Assembly (NCBI GenBank): GCA_050950825.1
Contig: JBMNIH010000010.1
Location: 192,001 to 256,000, forward strand
Length of the DNA: 64,000 nt
Source: Clostridia bacterium
GTDB lineage: Bacteria > Bacillota > Clostridia > JAAYHZ01
Reading direction: 5' to 3'
Made by a program: the position numbers and the translations under genes. This document shows positions 53,116-62,416 of this stretch, in pieces; positions within the stretch are counted from its first letter, which is position 1; every line of letters starts with the position of its first letter. A model generated the notes under the pieces. It made no database searches. It had not been told where the DNA came from and was given only the letters and a program-made list of their open reading frames with translations.

Positions 53116-54600
53116 ATGTATAAAAGTATACTACATTTTATTGAAAATGGGTTAGTCGAAATTGAAAAAATGATGGGTGATATTCTGGCAGGTAAAAAAG
53201 ATGCCGATGATTTGACTGCACTCGTTAATAAAGTTACGTCAACGTTAGCGGTCAGCCTTATAGCGGATTTGTACGAGAAAGCTGATAACGATATACGAGA
53301 AAGCAGCGTGAGAAAAAAGTATTGGAATGTCGAGCACAGGAACAAAAAGAAAACCATCGTAGATGTCATGGGTAAGGTTGAATTCTGCCGAACCGGATAT
53401 TGTGCGAAAGGAACGGGTGAGTATGTATATCTTTTGGATCAGGTGCTCGGATTTGAACCGCACCAGAAGGTAACGCTAGGCGCAGCTGCGAGAGCCTTGG
53501 AAGAAAGTATAGACAGCAGTTACCGCAAAGGCGGAGAGAATGCAAGCATAAAAGCGGAAGAAGGCATTAGCAAACAAGCCGTGATGGATCTGGTACATGA
53601 GATTGAGGCGGACATGCCGATGCCGGAACCGGAAGGAAAGAAGAAGATAAAAAGGCTTCATGTCATAGCCGATGAAGATCATGTGGCGGCACAGTTTTGG
53701 AATGAAAAGGGCGATTTGAAGCGAGATGCGAGGGGCCATAAGATTAATACCCTGATGCCTAAGCTTGTTTGTGTATTCGAGGATATTATCAATGAATCGG
53801 GGGAAGCATCCAAGAATCCCAGATATAAGCTGATCGGAAAAAAATACTTTTGCGGTATTTACGAGGGTGGCAAAGGCAACGAAAAGCTTTGGATGGAGGT
53901 TGCCGAATACATAGAAAAAACATACGATACGGACTATCTTGAGAGAATATACGTAGTCGGAGACGGAGCTTCGTGGATAAAAAAAGGATGCGAATATTTG
54001 GAGAACAGCAAATATGTCCTTGATAAATACCATATGATGAAATATATAAACAGGTCAGTGGCGCATCTTTACGATAGCGCGGACGAGGTGAAAGACTGGA
54101 TTTGGGGAGCCTTGAATCGTTTGGACAAAAAGGAATTGAAGAATATCTATGAGCAGATCCTGAAGGTTACGGAAAGTGAAAACAAGAAGCAAGAAGTGGA
54201 AGATGCGTTAAGATATTTTCTAAATCATTGGCAAGGGATAAAAACCCGAGTGGAAGAAACAAGCGGCTGGACATATTGCATAGAAGGGCAAATAAGCCAT
54301 GTATTGTCGGCAAGAATGAGCAGCAGACCAATGGGATGGAGCGAATTGGGTTGCGACCGCATGGCAAGGCTCAGAGCGTACAAAAGAAACGGCGGTAAGA
54401 TTCTTGACTTGCTAAAATATCAAAAACAACGAAAAAAGCAAAAGGAAAGGCGTGAAGCACAAGAAGAATTGATAAGAGATCTGAGAAGAAGACATTCAAA
54501 ATGGACGTATGCGGAAGATACCAGACGTCACATACATGGTTTGGAAAGGAGCAGTATGAAGTGGCTAAAGAATATGACCACACTGGCTTGGGACGCATAA
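53116..54600 (+). CDS. ISLre2 / UPF0236 family DDE transposase
   Basis: YVYLLDQVLG, ADEDHV, GDGASWIK, LDKYH, EGQISHVLSARMSSRPMGWS. Confidence 0.9.
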   Translation: MYKSILHFIENGLVEIEKMMGDILAGKKDADDLTALVNKVTSTLAVSLIADLYEKADNDIRESSVRKKYWNVEHRNKKKTIVDVMGKVEFCRTGYCAKGTGEYVYLLDQVLGFEPHQKVTLGAAARALEESIDSSYRKGGENASIKAEEGISKQAVMDLVHEIEADMPMPEPEGKKKIKRLHVIADEDHVAAQFWNEKGDLKRDARGHKINTLMPKLVCVFEDIINESGEASKNPRYKLIGKKYFCGIYEGGKGNEKLWMEVAEYIEKTYDTDYLERIYVVGDGASWIKKGCEYLENSKYVLDKYHMMKYINRSVAHLYDSADEVKDWIWGALNRLDKKELKNIYEQILKVTESENKKQEVEDALRYFLNHWQGIKTRVEETSGWTYCIEGQISHVLSARMSSRPMGWSELGCDRMARLRAYKRNGGKILDLLKYQKQRKKQKERREAQEELIRDLRRRHSKWTYAEDTRRHIHGLERSSMKWLKNMTTLAWDA

Positions 54601-54626
54601 GCAGCTTGAACCGCTATGACTTTGTA

Positions 54627-54807
54627 ACCGTGTGACGGTAGGCTTTATGCCGCGAAAGTCGCTTTACGATGAGTAGACGGCATGTTAGGCTTGTCTGCCT
54701 GGCATCAAACACACAAAGCCGTATCCGGCTTCACCCTGTAGGAAGATGCCGCAGAGGCCACTAAACATGCCGGCAGAGGCTCGTCGTAAAGCGAACCGTG
54801 GAATAAA
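54627..54807 (+). ncRNA. Candidate structured RNA / long imperfect palindrome in IS 3' non-coding end
   Basis: Nested complementary segments forming a ~165-nt rod (54644-54807) plus a small 5' hairpin ACCGT-GTG-ACGGT; see findings. Confidence 0.55.
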
Positions 54808-55008
54808 TGAGTACTTTACTTGTGCATTTGCTATTGTCTTCATGAATTCTTGAATAGGGGTGATGTGTAATAATCAATTAAAAAAACAAATGTGGAAAAA
54901 TTGATGGAAATGATATATGATACAGACAAGATTTAATCTTATCATAAGGGTGAACTCTCTCTTTTTATTTCCGAATGTATATTGACGCTATCAAAAAACG
55001 GTAAATGT

Positions 55009-55037
55009 TTGTATTTATCATTCTTTTGAGGTAGAAT
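55009..55037 (+). promoter_or_regulatory. Probable native sigmaA promoter of aldo/keto reductase
   Basis: TTGTAT (55009-14), 17 nt, TAGAAT (55032-37), just outside the IS target duplication. Confidence 0.5.
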
Positions 55038-55064
55038 AAATACAACACAGCAAGGAGGAAAATC

Positions 55065-56111
55065 ATGATTCAATACAATCCCGATTTGTACGGTTTGGAA
55101 TTTACTTATGACGAATTCCACGGAATGCCGTGGAAACAGGTAGGCAATTCCGGATTAAGAGCTCCTGTTATCGGACTGGGTACGTGGAAATTCGGATACC
55201 CGGAAACGGGAGACGGAGCTCGTGTCGGTGAAAAAGAAGCCTTCACCATTTTGGACAAAGCCTGGGAGGAAGGCGTTCTGCTGTGGGATACCGCCAACAG
55301 ATACAACGCGTCTTCCGGTAACTCCGAACGCGTCTTGGGAAAATGGTTCGCGAAGAATCCCGAGAAAAGACGAGACGTGATTCTTGCCACCAAAATGTTC
55401 GGAGCCATGGATGGAAAAACACCCAACCACTGCAGACTGTCCCGTAACAATATCAAGGATGCGGTTTATGCTTGCTTGGATAGGCTGCAAACCGAATACA
55501 TCGATTTGCTGTATTTCCATCGATTTGATCCCTCTACTCCGGTAGAAGAAAGCTTGTCGGCAATTGAGGACCTGGTGGCCGGCGACTATATCCGTTATTT
55601 AGGCGTTTCCAACTTCTCCAAAGAGAATTTGGAGCTTTACAAAAAGGTAGGCGAAAGCATGTCCATACGGACAAAGGTGGTCGCCGTTCAGAACAAATAT
55701 GACCTATTGCACGGAGAATACGCTCCGAACGAAGGCGTTTTGCAATACTGCGCCGAAAACGGTATTTCCTTCATACCCCACGGACCTTTGGCATCGGGGC
55801 TTTTAACCGACCGCTATTTGGATGCATCCAAGGTAGGCAAAGGGGACCGTTTGTATGACGAAGGAACGTACGATCCCGTTAAATTAAAAACGGAGCTTGA
55901 AAAAGTGGCTGCCATTAAAGAATTGGCAGGCCGATACGATTTGACGGTAAGCGAAATGGCTTTAGCCTATATGCTTACATTAGACGGTATGGGGAGCCAG
56001 ATACCGGGTGCATCGTCGGTAGCCCAATTGGTTTCCAACGCGAAGGCCGGGAAAGTCGTTTTGCCCGACGAAGCCAAGGAAGCCATGAAAAAGATCACCG
56101 GTATAGGCTAA
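55065..56111 (+). CDS. Aldo/keto reductase
   Basis: IGLGTWKFG, WDTANRY, LATK, YIDLLYFH, GVSNF, QNKY, PLASGLLT, IPGAS. Confidence 0.92.
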   Translation: MIQYNPDLYGLEFTYDEFHGMPWKQVGNSGLRAPVIGLGTWKFGYPETGDGARVGEKEAFTILDKAWEEGVLLWDTANRYNASSGNSERVLGKWFAKNPEKRRDVILATKMFGAMDGKTPNHCRLSRNNIKDAVYACLDRLQTEYIDLLYFHRFDPSTPVEESLSAIEDLVAGDYIRYLGVSNFSKENLELYKKVGESMSIRTKVVAVQNKYDLLHGEYAPNEGVLQYCAENGISFIPHGPLASGLLTDRYLDASKVGKGDRLYDEGTYDPVKLKTELEKVAAIKELAGRYDLTVSEMALAYMLTLDGMGSQIPGASSVAQLVSNAKAGKVVLPDEAKEAMKKITGIG

Positions 56112-56145
56112 AACCGAAAAAATCCTTTTGGAGTATAGAGAAAGT

Positions 56146-56988
56146 ATGAGCGTAACGATTGGTATTGATATAGGGGGGAGCACAACAAAAATTGTCGGAT
56201 TCGTAAATCGGACAATGATAACCCCCTTTTTTGTAAAAGCGGATGATCCCATTGCATCGCTATACGGTGCATTCGGGAAATTTCTATCGCAAGAGAATAT
56301 TATGATTGCCGACGTGGATCGAGTCATTATGACGGGAGTCGGCGCTTCCTATCTGGCGAAACCGATTTACGGCATTCCCACGGGCAGAGTCCAAGAATTT
56401 ATCGCCACCGGTTTAGGAGGCCAATACATCAGCCGGCTGGACCGCGTAATTGTGGTCAGCATGGGCACCGGTACGGCTTTAATTAAGGCCGACAAGAAAA
56501 ACATATTCCATATGGGCGGTTCCGGTGTTGGCGGAGGTACGATTTTAGGTCTTGCCGATCGAATGCTAAAAATTCGAGATATTTATTCTCTGATTAATTT
56601 GGCCGAAGAAGGAGATTTGTCGAAGGTAGATCTTTTGGTACGAGATATTTCACGAGACGAAATTCCCGGTTTGCCCCCGGATACCACGGCGGCGAATTTC
56701 GGCAGAATCAACGATATGGCCAATTCCTCGGATTTGGCATTGGGAATTCTAAACTTGGTGTTCCAAACCATTGGAATCATTGCGAATTTTGCGTCAAAAA
56801 GCGGGGATATCAAGGACATTGTCTTAACCGGTAATTTGACCACCATTCCCCAAGCGAAAAAAATAATGAACAATTTGTCCGCTCTGTACGGAATCAACTT
56901 CATTATTCCCGAGCATTCCGAGTACGCAACGGCGGTTGGAGCGGCCTTGGCATACAAGTACGATGTACCCATAGAAAAAATAGAGTAA
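56146..56988 (+). CDS. Type II (fumble/CoaW-like) pantothenate kinase
   Basis: GIDIGGSTTK, TGVGA, EF, SMGTGT, GGSGVGGGTILGL, VDLLVRDI, TAANFG, AVGA. Confidence 0.82.
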   Translation: MSVTIGIDIGGSTTKIVGFVNRTMITPFFVKADDPIASLYGAFGKFLSQENIMIADVDRVIMTGVGASYLAKPIYGIPTGRVQEFIATGLGGQYISRLDRVIVVSMGTGTALIKADKKNIFHMGGSGVGGGTILGLADRMLKIRDIYSLINLAEEGDLSKVDLLVRDISRDEIPGLPPDTTAANFGRINDMANSSDLALGILNLVFQTIGIIANFASKSGDIKDIVLTGNLTTIPQAKKIMNNLSALYGINFIIPEHSEYATAVGAALAYKYDVPIEKIE

Positions 56989-56999
56989 AGAGAGGACTT

Positions 57000-58361
57000 A
57001 TGAGACGGACTGTCAGTTTAATATTGACCTTGGCTTTGGTTTTTCTTTTGTTCAGCCCGGTCAGCGCATTGACTCATCCGCCTATATATGTTTCCGGTGC
57101 CGACGCTTATGTTTTGATAGATGCAAAATCCGGAACGGTTTTGGCTTCTTATGAAGGCGATAAAAAAATATATCCGGCCAGTACCACGAAAATATTGACG
57201 GCTATTGTGGCCTTGGAAAAGGGAAGCTTGGATATGAAAATGACCGCGTCGGTGGCGGCGGTCCATGATATAGGCAAAGACGGGATGAATATCGGAATTC
57301 AAGCCGGGGAAGTTATGACCATGGAGGATTTGCTGAACGCCATGCTGGTGGTTTCGGCAAACGAAACGGCGAATATTATCGCGGAAAATATATGCGAAAC
57401 AAGACAAGAATTCATGGACCTTTGCAACCAAAAGGCTGCAGAAATCGGAGCAACCGACACCCATTATACCAATCCGTGCGGTATGCATGAGGACAGCCAT
57501 TATACCACGGCCATGGATTTGGCGAAGATTGCAAGGCACGCCATGCAGAACGAGGTTTTTCGATCCATTGTAAGGAAAACGAGCATTCAATTGTCGCCTA
57601 CAAACAAGCATTCCTCATGGAATACTTTGTACACCAGTAATATTTTGTTACGAAGCAACAATTTCGAAGGCTACGAAATTACCGGTATCAAAAGCGGGTA
57701 TACCGACCCTGCCGGGCGCTGCCTTATTACAAGCGCAAGAAATCACGCGGGAGAAGAGCTTATTGCCGTAGTGATGGGTGTACGTGCACCGAACAGCGGG
57801 GAAGTAATAACGGATATCACCACCAAGCTGTTTGAATACGGCTTTAATAATTTCAAATCCTTGAATTTGGTACGTAAAAATGTTTACTTAGGACTTCATT
57901 CCGTGGAGAATGCACGGGACAACATGCCTTTGGTTCTTGTCGCCCAAGAAGACTTGGATGTGTTTACCTTGGCGAGTTTGGACTTGGATAAGGTAGAGGT
58001 CAAGCTCAATATCAATGCGGAATTGGAATTGCCCGTTAAAGCAAACGATCCGGTAGGAACCGCCGATTATTATTACGAAAATGAATTGTTAGGCTCGGTA
58101 AACATCGCGGCGGGAAATAACGTATATGCGGAAGTGAAGAAGGATCCGGATCCGAAGGAACGGCCGGAAAATCCGGATGATATGAATGAGCCTTCGGAGG
58201 AGATCCAAGACGACGAAAAAAGCGTGATTCAAAAGATTCTCCAAATAGGGAAAATCGTGATCGTTATTGTCGGGGCTCTTTTGTTGGTTTACTTGTTTTT
58301 AGCCCTTATGGTGAATATCCAAAAAAGAAAAAGAAACGGCAGAAGAAGAAGGAATCCGTAA
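57000..58361 (+). CDS. D-alanyl-D-alanine carboxypeptidase (peptidase S11), membrane anchored
   Basis: Signal peptide, PASTTK (SxxK), SAN, KSG, C-terminal TM followed by basic tail. Confidence 0.92.
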   Translation: MRRTVSLILTLALVFLLFSPVSALTHPPIYVSGADAYVLIDAKSGTVLASYEGDKKIYPASTTKILTAIVALEKGSLDMKMTASVAAVHDIGKDGMNIGIQAGEVMTMEDLLNAMLVVSANETANIIAENICETRQEFMDLCNQKAAEIGATDTHYTNPCGMHEDSHYTTAMDLAKIARHAMQNEVFRSIVRKTSIQLSPTNKHSSWNTLYTSNILLRSNNFEGYEITGIKSGYTDPAGRCLITSARNHAGEELIAVVMGVRAPNSGEVITDITTKLFEYGFNNFKSLNLVRKNVYLGLHSVENARDNMPLVLVAQEDLDVFTLASLDLDKVEVKLNINAELELPVKANDPVGTADYYYENELLGSVNIAAGNNVYAEVKKDPDPKERPENPDDMNEPSEEIQDDEKSVIQKILQIGKIVIVIVGALLLVYLFLALMVNIQKRKRNGRRRRNP

Positions 58362-58471
58362 AAGTATTTGCATGGAAATAAAACGTTCCTTCGGAACGAT
58401 TGATAAATTAAATATAACAGGATAAGGAGGAAATGCTACTCCCTTTGTCTTTTAAGTAGCACATAACGGCC

Positions 58472-61400
58472 ATGTATTTCATTGAAGAAAAAGTCGGTAA
58501 AACGTGTAGGGACCTTGAAGATTTTACGATCGTGAAATTGGCGGATATATATCCTGTCTATTATTCGAAAGGCAGGTACAAGAATGTACAGGAGGCATCG
58601 GATCCTTCTATTGCCTGGGAGGTGTACCAAAACGGCACCCCGTGGGCGGAAAGAGACTCCCATGCGTGGTTCAAGTTCGAAGTCCGCGTTCCCGAAGAGT
58701 ACGAAGGAAAATCGCTGTCCGTCTATATCATGTCCTACCAAAAAGGATGGGACGCTACGAATCCCCAATTCATGGTATATTTGAACGGACGACCGGTCCA
58801 AGGAGTAGACGTTAACCACACCCGTATCGTATTGACCCGCAATGCTCGCCCCGGAGATATCTTTAAAATCGATATGCACGCCTACAGCGGCATGGTGGCA
58901 GGGCAGGACAAGTTTTTGCCCGTTTTAGCGGAAGTCCGTGAAGACGTAAAGGCCTTGTATTACGATATCAAGGTGCCCTTGGACATCATTAAGTTCATGG
59001 ACGATAACGATAAAGACAAGCATGACATGCTGACGGTTTTGAATCAAACCTGCAATATCATTGATTTTAGAAAACCCGGAAGCTCTCTCTTCTATGAATC
59101 CGTAAAGAATGCTACCGCCTTTATACGCACCGAGCTTTATGAAAAAATGAAAGATAAGTCGGACGTCATTGCTACCTGCGTCGGTCACACCCATATCGAC
59201 GTTGCTTGGCTGTGGACGGTAGAGCAGACCCGTGAAAAAACCGGAAGAAGCTTTTCCACGGTTATAAAGCTCATGGAGGATTATCCGGAATACATCTTTA
59301 TGTCCAGCCAGCCTCAGCTGTACAAATTCCTTAAAGAAGACTATCCGGAAGTTTACGAACAAGTAAAGGAAAAAGTAAAAGAGGGAAGATGGGAAGCGGA
59401 AGGCGGTATGTGGCTGGAAGCGGATTGCAACGTAACCTCCGGCGAATCCTTGGTAAGACAATTCTTGTTCGGCAAAACCTTTTTCAAAAACGAATTCGGC
59501 GTGGACAACAAAATCCTTTGGCTGCCGGACGTGTTCGGATACAATGCCGCACTGCCCCAGATTATGAAAAAATGCGGTATCGACTACTTTATGACCACAA
59601 AAATCAACTGGAACAGGCATAACAAGATGCCCTACGATACGTTCTTATGGCAAGGGTTGGACGGAACGGAGGTTTTGACCCATTTTATCACAACCCAAAG
59701 CGCCGATGAGAAAAAGTTCTTCACCACATACAACGGCATGCTGAATCCCAGCTCCGTGATCGGAGCATGGAGACGGTACAGCCATAAGGATATGCACGAC
59801 GACGTGCTGATCTCTTACGGCTACGGAGACGGCGGCGGCGGTCCTACCGAAGAAATGCTGGAAAATATCCGCAGAATGGAAAAAGGCTTGCCCGGCTGCC
59901 CGAGGACAGTCCAAGGAAGAGCTTTAGACTACTTCAAGCGCTTGGAAAAAAGCTTTATTGAAAACAAGCCCAAAGAAAAAGTGCTGCCGAAGTGGATCGG
60001 CGAGCTGTATTTGGAATACCATCGAGGAACCTACACCTCCATGGGAAGAAACAAGCGTGCAAATCGTAAGTGCGAGCTGATGCTTCATGATATCGAAACC
60101 TTGTATGCGCTTTTGATGCAGGACGGCGTGGATTATCCTCAAGAACAAATCAATGCGATGTGGGAGAATGTTTTGTTGAACCAATTCCACGACATTTTGC
60201 CCGGCTCTTCCATTAAGGAAGTTTATGACGTAACCCTGAAAGAGTACAACGAATTGCAAAGACAAGGCGGAGAATTGATTCAAAAGGCCCTGAATATCAT
60301 TAAAGAAAGGGTCGGCTGCGAAACCGATTCCGTCATTGCCGTGAACACGTTAGGAAAGAAAAGAAACGACCTTATCGAATTCGAGTCGGATAACACCGTA
60401 GAATCCTTAAAGGATCCTATTGAAAACAAGGCTTATCCGGTTCAAAAGGTGTCTTCGAATAAATACTTGGCATATGTCGAAGACGTTCCCTCGAAGGGAT
60501 ACAAAGCCTATGCGTTGAGCGCGGATAAGATTCCGGGAAATACCGGTATGGTTGTTACCGAAAAACGGATGGAAAACAAGTTCTTTGATATTGTTTTCAA
60601 CGAAAAAGGAAATATTCAATCCATTTACGACAAGGTCAACAAAAGAAACGTTTTAAAGCCGGGACAGGCAGGAAACGTGCTGCAGGTATTCGAGGATCGT
60701 CCTCGGTCCGATGAAAACTGGAACATTGAAATTTACTATCCGCAAAAGATGTATGAAATCGACGATGTGAAGTCCGTTGAAGTCATCGAGGAAGGACCGG
60801 TAAGAGGCGGAGTAAGAATCGTATGGAAATTCTTCGATTCCACCGTTACCCAAAACATCTATATCTACGAAAACATTCCTCGAATCGACTTTGACTGCGT
60901 CATCGACTGGAAGGAACAGCGGCTGCTTTTGAAAACCGCATTCCCGGTTCAAGTTCATGCGGAAAGAGCGACCTACGACATTCAATTCGGTAATATCGAA
61001 CGGACGGCTCATACCAATACCTCTTGGGATATTGCCCGATACGAAATGGTTGCACATAAATGGGCGGATTATTCGCAATACGACTACGGCGTGGCTTTGT
61101 TGAACGACTGCAAATACGGACATGACATCCGCGAAGGAAACATGCGGTTGACCTTATTAAAGAGCGGCATGCATCCCAATCCGGAAGCGGATAAGGAAGT
61201 CCACTACATGAAGTATTCCTTGGTTCCTCATGCAGGAACTTGGAGAGATGCCAACATTCCCGCATTGGGCTACGACTTTAACGTTCCCATGTACGCCGTA
61301 ACAAAGGAAGGATCCGATAAGGGCTGTGCTCCTTGTTCGCTTTCTCTGTTCGAAACGAACATTTCCGACCGCGTGGTCATGGAAACGGTGAAAAAGTGCG

Positions 61401-61606
61401 AAGCTTCCGACGAATATGTCATTCGTTTGTACGAGTGCTACAACTCCGATATCACTTGTACGTTGACATCCTTCAAGAGCTTTGCTTATGCATACGAATG
61501 CAACATGCTGGAAGAAAACATTTGTGAAATTCCCGTTGATGCAAACCGTATAACCTTTAAGATGGGTCCTTATGAAATAAAGACCTTGAAGGTGAAGCTC
61601 GTATAA
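58472..61606 (+). CDS. Alpha-mannosidase, GH38
   Basis: GHTHIDVAWLW, SSQPQLY, GESLVRQ, WLPDVFGY, GDGGGGP, ELYLEYHRGTYTS, NQFHDILPGSSI. Confidence 0.95.
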   Translation: MYFIEEKVGKTCRDLEDFTIVKLADIYPVYYSKGRYKNVQEASDPSIAWEVYQNGTPWAERDSHAWFKFEVRVPEEYEGKSLSVYIMSYQKGWDATNPQFMVYLNGRPVQGVDVNHTRIVLTRNARPGDIFKIDMHAYSGMVAGQDKFLPVLAEVREDVKALYYDIKVPLDIIKFMDDNDKDKHDMLTVLNQTCNIIDFRKPGSSLFYESVKNATAFIRTELYEKMKDKSDVIATCVGHTHIDVAWLWTVEQTREKTGRSFSTVIKLMEDYPEYIFMSSQPQLYKFLKEDYPEVYEQVKEKVKEGRWEAEGGMWLEADCNVTSGESLVRQFLFGKTFFKNEFGVDNKILWLPDVFGYNAALPQIMKKCGIDYFMTTKINWNRHNKMPYDTFLWQGLDGTEVLTHFITTQSADEKKFFTTYNGMLNPSSVIGAWRRYSHKDMHDDVLISYGYGDGGGGPTEEMLENIRRMEKGLPGCPRTVQGRALDYFKRLEKSFIENKPKEKVLPKWIGELYLEYHRGTYTSMGRNKRANRKCELMLHDIETLYALLMQDGVDYPQEQINAMWENVLLNQFHDILPGSSIKEVYDVTLKEYNELQRQGGELIQKALNIIKERVGCETDSVIAVNTLGKKRNDLIEFESDNTVESLKDPIENKAYPVQKVSSNKYLAYVEDVPSKGYKAYALSADKIPGNTGMVVTEKRMENKFFDIVFNEKGNIQSIYDKVNKRNVLKPGQAGNVLQVFEDRPRSDENWNIEIYYPQKMYEIDDVKSVEVIEEGPVRGGVRIVWKFFDSTVTQNIYIYENIPRIDFDCVIDWKEQRLLLKTAFPVQVHAERATYDIQFGNIERTAHTNTSWDIARYEMVAHKWADYSQYDYGVALLNDCKYGHDIREGNMRLTLLKSGMHPNPEADKEVHYMKYSLVPHAGTWRDANIPALGYDFNVPMYAVTKEGSDKGCAPCSLSLFETNISDRVVMETVKKCEASDEYVIRLYECYNSDITCTLTSFKSFAYAYECNMLEENICEIPVDANRITFKMGPYEIKTLKVKLV

Positions 61607-61636
61607 TTTTTCGGGTATGTTTAAGGAGATGATTTT

Positions 61637-62368
61637 GTGGCTATTGGGAAAATCAGCTTTTTGTCCGGCACGTTAGGGTTTACCACATCCTTTAATGTGC
61701 TTTTGCCGGATACCGTTCAAAAAGGCGAGAAGGTGCCGGTTTTGTATTTGCTCCACGGCCTGTCCGACGACCACAATATGTGGCTGGTTCGCACCTCCAT
61801 CGAGATGTACGTGCGTTTGAAGAAGATTGTCGTGATTATGCCGGAAGTACAAAAAAGCTTCTATTTGGACATGTACTACGGAGACGCTTACCATACGTAT
61901 ATCACCAAGGAACTGCCCGAAGTTTCGAGTAAATTTTTCCCGATCGACCCTGCCCGGCAATATATTGCCGGGCTTTCCATGGGAGGCTACGGAGCTTTGA
62001 AGGCGGCTCTTTGCCATCCGGAGCAATACATGGCGGTAGGAAGCTTCAGCGGCGTAACCGACATTGTGGCTTTTGCCAAGGATGCCAATAAAAGCGAGAA
62101 GTTTTTGATCAGTCTTTTCGGTCCGGACCTCAAAGTGAAGGATACGGATAACGACTTGTTTTATGTGGCCGAAGGCTTGAAAGGTAAGGTTCCTTCCATC
62201 TACCTGTCCTGCGGCACCGAGGATTTTTTATACTATCAGAATATTCGATTTAAGGAACACTGCTTAAAATTAGGTCTTCCCGTAACCTACTACGAGGAAC
62301 CGGCGAGTCATACTTGGGATTTTTGGGATCGGCAAATCAAACGCTTTTTGGAGTTTATAGGAATATAA
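61637..62368 (+). CDS. Alpha/beta-hydrolase esterase (tributyrin esterase / CE1-like)
   Basis: LYLLHGLSDD, GLSMGG nucleophile elbow, CGTED, HTWDFW. Confidence 0.9.
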   Translation: MAIGKISFLSGTLGFTTSFNVLLPDTVQKGEKVPVLYLLHGLSDDHNMWLVRTSIEMYVRLKKIVVIMPEVQKSFYLDMYYGDAYHTYITKELPEVSSKFFPIDPARQYIAGLSMGGYGALKAALCHPEQYMAVGSFSGVTDIVAFAKDANKSEKFLISLFGPDLKVKDTDNDLFYVAEGLKGKVPSIYLSCGTEDFLYYQNIRFKEHCLKLGLPVTYYEEPASHTWDFWDRQIKRFLEFIGI

Positions 62369-62416
62369 AGAGCGGTTGATTCATAAATTTATATAATAAG
62401 CCAAAGGGGTGAGGGT

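Larger units (their letters stand above)
52997..54992 (+). mobile_element. ISLre2-family insertion sequence (~2.0 kb) with 9-bp target-site duplication
   Basis: Direct repeat AAAAAACGG at 52988-52996 and 54993-55001. Imperfect terminal IRs: left ATTAGCGTAAAGTAAGTTTCGGATAATAA, right (reverse complement) GATAGCGTCAATATACATTCGGAAATAA. Confidence 0.85.

Noticed and set aside
54644-54807. Identification of the IS rod as 6S or SRP RNA
   Set aside because: No SRP GNAGG/GGAA/AGCAG domain-IV motif, no promoter-terminator pair, and it lies inside IS boundaries; left unassigned.
54982-55010. Outward-facing hybrid promoter from TTGACG in the right IR of the IS
   Set aside because: No acceptable -10 at 16-18 nt spacing; a separate native promoter lies just downstream.
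48650-57545. Possible genomic island integrated at tRNA-Arg 3' end (GGCACGCCA recurs near 57535)
   Set aside because: Only a 9-bp match inside the carboxypeptidase CDS, no integrase, and an intact tRNA terminator; consistent with chance.
58433-58471. Pyrrolysine/amber read-through of in-frame TAG upstream of GH38
   Set aside because: No pyl genes seen, SD-ATG spacing is only 2 nt, and the extension does not look like a conserved N-terminus.
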